Part shown: positions 7,775-13,206 of the stretch, piece by piece
Numbering within the stretch: position 1 is the stretch's first letter
How the letters are laid out: every line of letters starts with the position of its first letter
IMG/VR virus record: IMGVR_UViG_3300030099_002405
Span: 1 to 29,141 of that record
DNA from: a virus
Lineage: Duplodnaviria > Caudoviricetes
DNA length: 29,141 nucleotides
Strand: one strand, 5' to 3'
Notes under the pieces: generated by a model
The model's database searches: none
What the model was told of the DNA's origin: nothing
What the model saw: the letters and a program-made list of their open reading frames with translations, nothing else
Translations under genes and position numbers: made by a program

Positions 7775-8122
7775 ATGAAAAGTTTTAAAGAAAGAGAGCG
7801 TATTGACTATATTTGTGAGACTTGTGATCTTTACGAAGATTTAGAAATAACTGAAGCTGAATACGAAGGTAAGAAGGTAAAGTTAAATGATCCAATACGA
7901 ACTAACGAAGTACCTACTAAAAAATTCAAAGTCTATGTCAAAGATGGCGATAAAGTCAAAGTAGTGCGTTTTGGTTTTCCTGGTATGGAGATCAAACGAG
8001 ACGATCCTGGTAGGCGTAAAAACTTTCGTGCAAGACATAATTGTGATAATCCAGGACCAAAAACAAAAGCAAGATACTGGTCATGTTTTCAATGGCGTGC
8101 TGGTGCAAAAGTCGATAATTAA
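7775..8122 (+). CDS. Conserved basic phage protein, possible internal head protein
   Basis: KKFKVYVK..VRFG..RRKNFRARHNC...ARYWSC..W motif, an MKSFKE N-terminus, and a late promoter. Confidence 0.8.
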   Translation: MKSFKERERIDYICETCDLYEDLEITEAEYEGKKVKLNDPIRTNEVPTKKFKVYVKDGDKVKVVRFGFPGMEIKRDDPGRRKNFRARHNCDNPGPKTKARYWSCFQWRAGAKVDN

Positions 8123-8470
8123 TTGAGCGCTTGTTTCTCTTTATTGCTAGCATTGTCTATGCACATTGGTCTTGAAAACGACTACAATCAAATACATCCT
8201 CATGCTCGTTGCGAAATGGCAAACGATATTCTCTATGGTGCATACTACAATAGCGAAGAACGAGTAAGTTTATATTTTGGTAAAACAATTGATAATGTAG
8301 AAAGAGGTTGGGATATGGAGTATGGTCTTACAACTGGTTACTCTGGTTATCCTCTTGTACCAATGTGGCGATTCGTTCACGAAGATGGTATTTTTATTGC
8401 ACCTGCTTACGAACACGAAGAAGAAAACTACGGTGTTGTAATCGGTTATGAGATCAATTTCTCAAATTAA
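8123..8470 (+). CDS. Putative small outer-membrane beta-barrel protein (PagP/Ac-like pattern)
   Basis: Short hydrophobic N-terminus, S-x-H..N..HP, GAYYNS..SLYFG, GLTTGY, alternating beta pattern, near-terminal IGYEINF. Confidence 0.55.
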   Translation: MSACFSLLLALSMHIGLENDYNQIHPHARCEMANDILYGAYYNSEERVSLYFGKTIDNVERGWDMEYGLTTGYSGYPLVPMWRFVHEDGIFIAPAYEHEEENYGVVIGYEINFSN

Positions 8471-8498
8471 GAGGGGTACTATCATACAGACGCACCTC

Positions 8499-8520
8499 AA
8501 GAAACCGCCTAGGCGGCGGC
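8499..8520 (-). terminator. Intrinsic terminator at the convergence of the + late and - early units
   Basis: Perfect palindrome CCGCCTAGGCGG (8505-8516), followed on - by TTTCTT. A T-run also follows on + at about 8531-8537. Confidence 0.65.
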
Positions 8521-8548
8521 TATGAGATACTTTTTTTCTAGAAATTTT

Positions 8549-8737
8549 CTAATATAGATGTCTATACAAGAATGAGTGATTTTTTCCGTTAAACGAGGCA
8601 CGATCTAATTGCCTCATTCTATAATCTAAATCAGCGTGATCTTTTGATTTTGCTAAATAGTTTTCGATTATTTGTTCTCTTGATTGATACAAATTAAAGT
8701 TTTTAATCCATTCTAAAAGTTCTTTTACCATAGACAT
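8549..8737 (-). CDS. DUF3563-like small protein
   Basis: E.YLAKSKDHADLDYRMRQLD matches the YLA.S.D..DLE.R.R.L signature. Confidence 0.72.
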   Translation of the reverse strand: MSMVKELLEWIKNFNLYQSREQIIENYLAKSKDHADLDYRMRQLDRASFNGKNHSFLYRHLY

Positions 8738-8853
8738 ACTCTTTTACTTGCCCAGCCAGATGTGCCGCCTGCAAGTGCTATTCTTAAAAGATTTAGATTT
8801 GAAAACTTAAAACTTGTAGAAACTTTTGTTCCTGCCCATATTGGTTTTCTCAT
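8725..8853 (-). CDS. Hypothetical 42-aa basic peptide, absent from the ORF track
   Basis: MRKPIWAGTKVSTSFKFSNLNLLRIALAGGTSGWASKRVCLW*. Strong SD AAGGAG upstream; fills the gap between two genes. Confidence 0.6.
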   Translation of the reverse strand: MRKPIWAGTKVSTSFKFSNLNLLRIALAGGTSGWASKRVCLW

Positions 8854-8856
8854 TAG

Positions 8857-9027
8857 TTAAACTCCTTCTTTTTTGTTTTGATTATATAAGTGTTGATTAA
8901 GTTCTTCTTGCCACCTTGAGCCATATTCAACTCTGAAAAAGCGAATAAGATTTGGATCCACAGAACCAAAGTTATTAAAAACAAAAATTTTACCCAAAGA
9001 TGCAAAGAGATTGACGATTGATTGCAT
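8857..9027 (-). CDS. Hypothetical 56-aa protein
   Basis: SD GAAAGGA precedes ATG 9027 (MQSIVNLF...IRFFRVEYG...). Confidence 0.65.
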   Translation of the reverse strand: MQSIVNLFASLGKIFVFNNFGSVDPNLIRFFRVEYGSRWQEELNQHLYNQNKKEGV

Positions 9028-9113
9028 AATATTCCTTTCATTCACAAATATATAGATGACTTCGCCATCGGTTTGTGTTGTTAGTCCTATACAGCTATTA
9101 TGCGTTTTTGAGA

Positions 9114-9191
9114 TGGCGGGAGTGAAGGGACTCGAACCCTCGGCCTCTTCCGTGACAGGGAAGCGTTCTAACCAAACTGAACTACACCCCC
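9114..9191 (-). tRNA. trnD: tRNA-Asp(GUC) with encoded CCA
   Basis: GGGGGTG/CACTCCC acceptor stem, D arm GTTC/GAAC with TGG, anticodon arm CTTCC-CTGTCAC-GGAAG, T arm GAGGG-TTCGAGT-CCCTT, 3' GCCA. Confidence 0.97.
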
Positions 9192-9247
9192 AAATGTGAG
9201 GATCTTAATTTTTATAAGTACTCATGTGCGTCCCTCCAAGAACCAAC

Positions 9248-9367
9248 CTAAGCTAGCTTGGAACCAGAGATCAGTTGTAGAAGAAAAGATAATATATCTA
9301 CAAGTATATTAGGATTCATATGTACAATAAATCCACCGACAATCATACCTAGAATAAACTTAAACAT
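9248..9367 (-). CDS. Small membrane peptide (39 aa), absent from the ORF track
   Basis: MFKFILGMIVGGFIVHMNPNILVDILSFLLQLISGSKLA*. Start overlaps the DUF3310 gene end. Confidence 0.65.
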   Translation of the reverse strand: MFKFILGMIVGGFIVHMNPNILVDILSFLLQLISGSKLA

Positions 9368-9674
9368 TTTTATACTTCTCAATCAAGGGTGATTGCAAAG
9401 GCGAATCATCTTGATAATGGTCTTGTGAAAGTTGAATGATTGCATAGTGTATTACTTTCATCAAATCATTCTTATTACGACCTTCTTTCTTGCCGTATCT
9501 TTGAGCATACTTTAAAATGTTGCCCATACAGAAACCTGTACCATGACCTTGGTCAATGATAATTTCAGTTGCCTGATAGTTTTTTGTTTTAGCATAATGT
9601 GAATCATATGTTTTATTAATATAATCCATTACATCATTAACTATCACATTTTCACTAAATTTATATTTTGGCAT
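9360..9674 (-). CDS. DUF3310 protein (T7 gp1.7-like nucleotide kinase family)
   Basis: SHY...GFCMGNILKYAQRYGKKEG...DLMKVIHYA signature. Confidence 0.85.
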   Translation of the reverse strand: MPKYKFSENVIVNDVMDYINKTYDSHYAKTKNYQATEIIIDQGHGTGFCMGNILKYAQRYGKKEGRNKNDLMKVIHYAIIQLSQDHYQDDSPLQSPLIEKYKNV

Positions 9675-9940
9675 TAATGTAGTCCTTTCATAATTGTTTT
9701 TTGTTTTGTTGTTAGTTTTGGATTTAAATGCACTCTTACTTTGTTTTGTATTCTAGATGGTGACACACCTATCATGGTGCAGTAGTTTATAAAGACATCA
9801 TGATCCTCATTATCTGTATTGAGTAACCAATCCATAGCGTCAACTTTATGCTTTAGATATTTTTTACTCTTACCTGTATAAGAGGCATCTTCAACTGCCT
9901 GTGTTAATATAGCGGTAATAAATTTTTCTTCGCCTATCAT
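9674..9940 (-). CDS. Hypothetical early protein (88 aa)
   Basis: TAATG-coupled at both ends; AILTQAVEDA...DAMDW...F...C...G..P pattern. Confidence 0.8.
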   Translation of the reverse strand: MIGEEKFITAILTQAVEDASYTGKSKKYLKHKVDAMDWLLNTDNEDHDVFINYCTMIGVSPSRIQNKVRVHLNPKLTTKQKTIMKGLH

Positions 9941-10170
9941 TATATGTCCTTTTCAATCTGAGAGAAGTATGCCCAATATTGGTCACCATTCTCTGTTACA
10001 TAACCTATAGAGCCATTATAACCCATGTCGGTATCGTATATCTGTGTTTGTATACCATTCTCACCAGCAGGATCATTTGTCAATAGTGAAAGAGATATAT
10101 CAGTTATTTTACCTGATCTAAAACTACCTCTATTATTTACGGTTACTTCATCATCTATTTTAATAATCAT
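9940..10170 (-). CDS. Hypothetical early protein, beta-rich
   Basis: SD GAAGGA supports ATG 10170; TAATG-coupled to the next gene. Confidence 0.75.
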   Translation of the reverse strand: MIIKIDDEVTVNNRGSFRSGKITDISLSLLTNDPAGENGIQTQIYDTDMGYNGSIGYVTENGDQYWAYFSQIEKDI

Positions 10171-10351
10171 AATTACTATCCTTCTCAATTAAGTTTGTTT
10201 CAATGTTTATTGATAATTTATTCGCTAGTTCTGGCCATTTCTCTGCAAGAACTTTAGCAAATAAATCTCTTTGTTTTAAATTCATGCGAGCAATAGTCTC
10301 AACTGTATTGTCAACCATCACTTCACTCATTACTTCATTTGCATCTACCAT
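10160..10351 (-). CDS. Hypothetical early protein (63 aa)
   Basis: Strong SD GAGGAG before the ATG. Confidence 0.75.
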   Translation of the reverse strand: MVDANEVMSEVMVDNTVETIARMNLKQRDLFAKVLAEKWPELANKLSINIETNLIEKDSNYDY

Positions 10352-10364
10352 TTTTTTCTCCTCT

Positions 10365-10697
10365 CTATTTTAGATATAATGGTCCAGTCCATTGTATAGG
10401 ATAATTACCTTGTAGCACATTACCTCTTGGTTGATTTAGTGCAGGTGCTTTCCAACTTGCGGCTTTTAGAACATCACCTTCTTTGAAATGTTTAAATGCT
10501 TTCTTTACTATGAAAGAATGAACAGAATGTTTAGCACAAATTTTGATAAACTTTGGTCCTTCTTTTACAGACCATGAGTTAGCAAATTCTTCTCTCATAT
10601 TTTTATTATCACAATCTTGATTGTAATCTTCAATAGAAGCATTAATTAAGTTTTGAATACCGTCTTTGATATTCTGTGCAGGTTCTACTCTAATCAT
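10365..10697 (-). CDS. Conserved T4-like marine phage early protein
   Basis: GPKFIKI...SVHSFI...GDVLKAASWKAPA...RGN...WTGPLYL motif. SD GGAGG and TAATG coupling. Confidence 0.85.
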   Translation of the reverse strand: MIRVEPAQNIKDGIQNLINASIEDYNQDCDNKNMREEFANSWSVKEGPKFIKICAKHSVHSFIVKKAFKHFKEGDVLKAASWKAPALNQPRGNVLQGNYPIQWTGPLYLK

Positions 10698-10924
10698 TAC
10701 TGTAATACCTCCATACTTTTTTGATTTAACGAATCTGAAAGATAACAGTATAGGTCACCTTCAAGACTATATTCATCAAAACCTATAAGGTCCCAATTAA
10801 CATCTGATTTTTTAGCCATATCAACTGCCTGATCGACAGAGATAGTTCTACTTTTTACTTTTGATTCTAGATTGTCTAGATATTCTTCAGCACAATCTTG
10901 TGCCCATTGTTTCACTTTACCCAT
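10697..10924 (-). CDS. Hypothetical acidic early protein (75 aa)
   Basis: MGKVKQWAQD start; SD AAGGAG. Confidence 0.8.
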   Translation of the reverse strand: MGKVKQWAQDCAEEYLDNLESKVKSRTISVDQAVDMAKKSDVNWDLIGFDEYSLEGDLYCYLSDSLNQKSMEVLQ

Positions 10925-11099
10925 TATTATACTCCTTTGATTGATTAATTAATGCAAGAATCATAAACACGATTCCTACGATTGCAAAAATAAAACATCC
11001 GACCCAATTATTGCCTGATGTTTCTAGAGTAGAGCCGTCAATTGACCCTACAGCGAATAACATAGAAAAAATTCCTAAGATAGAAAATAAGACAGTCAT
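10917..11099 (-). CDS. Two-TM small membrane protein
   Basis: Two hydrophobic helices joined by GSIDG; TAATG-coupled to the upstream gene. Confidence 0.8.
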   Translation of the reverse strand: MTVLFSILGIFSMLFAVGSIDGSTLETSGNNWVGCFIFAIVGIVFMILALINQSKEYNNG

Positions 11100-11395
11100 T
11101 AAGCAACTGCCTTCATAAGAGAGTAAGGCACTCTCCAGTTATTTAAATTCTTAGTAGAATTATCGTAAACTTGAACAACTGCTTTTGCAGGGTTCATCTT
11201 TTGAATAACACCTACTCTTTGTAGCCCACTATTCATTTTACCAAACATAACTCTCTGACCTACATGAAATTTTGTAGAAGAAAGAACAGAAGTCCTTTTA
11301 CGATTCTGTTTTATAGCGTCAATAATCAAGTTGATTTCTTTATCGTTCATACTTTTAACAGCATTAACAACTTGCATAAGGTCTTGATATTTCAT
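11099..11395 (-). CDS. First gene of the early operon; helical N-terminus plus SH3/KOW-like domain
   Basis: FHVGQRVMF...GVIQKMNPAKAVV...WRVPYSLM pattern; immediately downstream of promoter P1. Confidence 0.8.
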   Translation of the reverse strand: MKYQDLMQVVNAVKSMNDKEINLIIDAIKQNRKRTSVLSSTKFHVGQRVMFGKMNSGLQRVGVIQKMNPAKAVVQVYDNSTKNLNNWRVPYSLMKAVA

Positions 11396-11425
11396 AATGT
11401 ATTATATCCTTTCGATTATGTGTCC

Positions 11426-11453
11426 ATTATACACGAAAAAAAGCATATTGCAA
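11426..11453 (-). promoter_or_regulatory. Early sigma70 promoter P1
   Basis: TTGCAA, 16 bp, TATAAT, with an upstream T-tract. Confidence 0.75.
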
Positions 11454-11480
11454 GAAAAAAATGGATTATTCCATAAAATA

Positions 11481-11668
11481 AAACCCTTATTTTTCAACAA
11501 TTTAGGGGCGCACTCTGTCGCTGTCTTAAAAACCCTTATTTTCTGCGTTTTTTCATTCATTATGTACAAGCTAACACGAAAAAAGCGTAATGTCAAGAAA
11601 AAAATGGCGAAAAAACCCCTTATTTTCTGCGATTTTGTGGAATAATCGTTTTTTTTATCGGAATAATC
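11481..11668. repeat. Dispersed repeats in the early promoter hub
   Basis: AAACCC(C)TTATTTT at 11481, 11530 and 11613 (the last two continue CTGCG). GGAATAATC at 11639 and 11660, with an inverted copy at 11464. Confidence 0.85.
11568..11596 (-). promoter_or_regulatory. Early sigma70 promoter P2
   Basis: TTGACA, 17 bp ending in TGT (extended -10), TAGCTT. Near-duplicate of the P1 block, 143 bp away. Confidence 0.75.
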
Positions 11669-11698
11669 TTCATTCCTAAGATTTGTTTAAGTGATTTT

Positions 11699-11713
11699 GT
11701 TCTTTTTTTGTTC
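11699..11713. promoter_or_regulatory. Putative alphaproteobacterial LexA operator (SOS box)
   Basis: Exact GTTC-TTTTTTT-GTTC (GAAC-N7-GAAC on -), intergenic, downstream of promoter P3. Confidence 0.6.
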
Positions 11714-11744
11714 TTTTTCTTTCGAATCATAAAATTTTTATCTA

Positions 11745-11773
11745 ATTATACAATATTTTAAAGGTTTTGTAAA
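11745..11773 (-). promoter_or_regulatory. Early sigma70 promoter P3
   Basis: TTTACA (11768-11773), 17 bp, TATAAT (11745-11750). Confidence 0.78.
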
Positions 11774-11778
11774 GCACT

Positions 11779-11786
11779 TATAAATA
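11779..11786 (+). promoter_or_regulatory. T4-type late promoter for the nuclease-PAAR unit
   Basis: Exact TATAAATA, back-to-back with P3. Confidence 0.85.
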
Positions 11787-11815
11787 GTTTATGTAAAAAA
11801 CAAAGGAAAATCAAA

Positions 11816-12370
11816 ATGTACGAGTATAAATGCAAAATTAGAAAAGTTGTTGACGGTGATACCGTTGATATCGACATAGATTTAGGTTTTGGTATCTGGC
11901 TCAATGATGAAAGAGTAAGAATTATGGGCATTGATACTCCTGAATCAAGAACTAGCGATCCTGTCGAAAAGATTTTTGGTCTAGCTGCAAAAGAAAGAGT
12001 AAAACATCTACTTGGTGCTGAATCAACTTTGATATCAAAAGTTAAAGGTGATGGTAACGAGGAAATGAGAGGAAAGTTTGGTCGTATCTTAGGTGATTTT
12101 ACACTTAACGATGGTGATACACTAACATCTAAACTTATGAGTGAAGGCCATGCTGTTGCATACAATGGTGGCAACAAGGAAAAAATTCAACCTAAGCATG
12201 TAGAGAACAGAAACAAATTGGTCAGCGAAGGTAAAGTTGATATGCAAGGATTAGAAATAACTAAACCTGCTTTAGTTCAAAAACCTATCGTTGAAGAACC
12301 TGTTGTTGAAGAAGTTTCAGCACCAGTTAAGAAAACAAAAAAGGCTACAAAGAAAAAGGCAAGTAAATGA
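11816..12370 (+). CDS. Thermonuclease (SNase family) with Lys-rich tail
   Basis: VVDGDT, RVRIMGIDTPE and KFGRILG retain the SNase catalytic D, R, D, E and R residues. SD AAAGGA. Confidence 0.9.
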   Translation: MYEYKCKIRKVVDGDTVDIDIDLGFGIWLNDERVRIMGIDTPESRTSDPVEKIFGLAAKERVKHLLGAESTLISKVKGDGNEEMRGKFGRILGDFTLNDGDTLTSKLMSEGHAVAYNGGNKEKIQPKHVENRNKLVSEGKVDMQGLEITKPALVQKPIVEEPVVEEVSAPVKKTKKATKKKASK

Positions 12371-12477
12371 AAATTTTAGAACTATTAGGTTTGAAAAAGA
12401 AAGTTGAAGAACCTAAAAAGAAAAAAGCACCTGTTGTAAAAAAGAAAAAGAAAAAAGCAACTAAGAAGAAAAAATAA
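12367..12477 (+). CDS. 36-aa lysine-rich microprotein, absent from the ORF track
   Basis: MKILELLGLKKKVEEPKKKKAPVVKKKKKKATKKKK*. ATGA overlap upstream and TAATG overlap downstream. Confidence 0.7.
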   Translation: MKILELLGLKKKVEEPKKKKAPVVKKKKKKATKKKK

Positions 12478-12749
12478 TGCCAGCAGCACAAAGAGATGGT
12501 GACGCTAATTCTGCAGGTGGTGTTGTATCATCTAGTAGTAGTGTTAAAGTGAATGGTAAAGATATCACAACAAATGGTGATAGTGTTTCTTCTCACGCAC
12601 CATTTATATCACCTCATGTAGCTGCTACAACAGCAAATGGTAGTTCTACTGTTTTTGCTGAAGGTATTGCTGTAAACAGAACAGGTGATAATGACACTTG
12701 TGCCCACCCTAGAGCAGGTGGATCTGGTAATGTAAATGTTGGTGGATAG
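12477..12749 (+). CDS. PAAR-repeat spike tip protein (gp5.4-like)
   Basis: MPAAQRDGD, SVKVNG..GD...H, GSSTVFAEG..V.RTGD..TC.H...GS.NVNVGG. Confidence 0.92.
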   Translation: MPAAQRDGDANSAGGVVSSSSSVKVNGKDITTNGDSVSSHAPFISPHVAATTANGSSTVFAEGIAVNRTGDNDTCAHPRAGGSGNVNVGG

Positions 12750-12751
12750 AA

Positions 12752-12759
12752 TATAAATA
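12752..12759 (+). promoter_or_regulatory. T4-type late promoter for gp25-gp6-gp7
   Basis: Exact TATAAATA followed by SD AAGGAG. Confidence 0.85.
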
Positions 12760-12779
12760 TATCAAAGGAGAGATTGTAA

Positions 12780-13205
12780 ATGTCAAGATATGACGCCACA
12801 CAAACAAATGAAAGTTTAAGAAGTGCTAGAATATACAAAGATTTAGATTTAGACTTTCAAAAAAATACTGCTACAAAAGATATTCAAAAACTTACTGATA
12901 TCGAAGCAGTAAAAAGAAGTGTGAGAAATCTTATCAAACTTAATCATTATGAAAAACCTTTTCGTCCTGAAATAGGATCAAATTTAAGAGCGATGTTATT
13001 TGAAAATATCACTCCACAAGTTAATCATGCTATTTCTAAACAAATAGATTTATTAATTAGAAACTATGAACCAAGATGTAGATTGGTTCAACTTAATGTT
13101 CAACCAGATGTAGATAGAAATGGATACAGAGCTTCAATATCTTTTTTTGTTGTAAATCATCCAGAGAGAGTTGAAGTAGAAACATTTTTAGAAAGACTAA
13201 GATAA
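12780..13205 (+). CDS. gp25: Baseplate wedge subunit gp25
   Basis: YKDLDLDF, AVKRSVRNLI, EKPFRPEIGS, LFE, NYEPR, LERLR. Confidence 0.95.
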   Translation: MSRYDATQTNESLRSARIYKDLDLDFQKNTATKDIQKLTDIEAVKRSVRNLIKLNHYEKPFRPEIGSNLRAMLFENITPQVNHAISKQIDLLIRNYEPRCRLVQLNVQPDVDRNGYRASISFFVVNHPERVEVETFLERLR

Positions 13206-13206
13206 G

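Noticed and set aside
8853-9041. Second 62-aa - strand ORF overlapping 8857-9027
   Set aside because: It is an alternate frame without a suitable SD; the frame starting at ATG 9027 has GAAAGGA at proper spacing.
9046-9113. tRNA-associated HDV-like (theta) ribozyme in the 3' trailer
   Set aside because: No nested double-pseudoknot pairing could be built; only one short hairpin is present.
11264-11645. Three ORF-track entries across the promoter hub (11264-11476, 11397-11645, 11402-11596)
   Set aside because: They overlap each other and a real gene, lack clear SDs, and are translations of A/T tracts and promoter repeats.
11464-11668. CRISPR-like mini-array
   Set aside because: Repeats are only 9-20 bp, irregularly spaced and interleaved with promoters; no cas genes are present.
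11791-11796. ATG-TAA start-stop element right after the late promoter
   Set aside because: It lies 4 nt from the box, so the A may precede the start site, and such a hexamer is common in AT-rich DNA.
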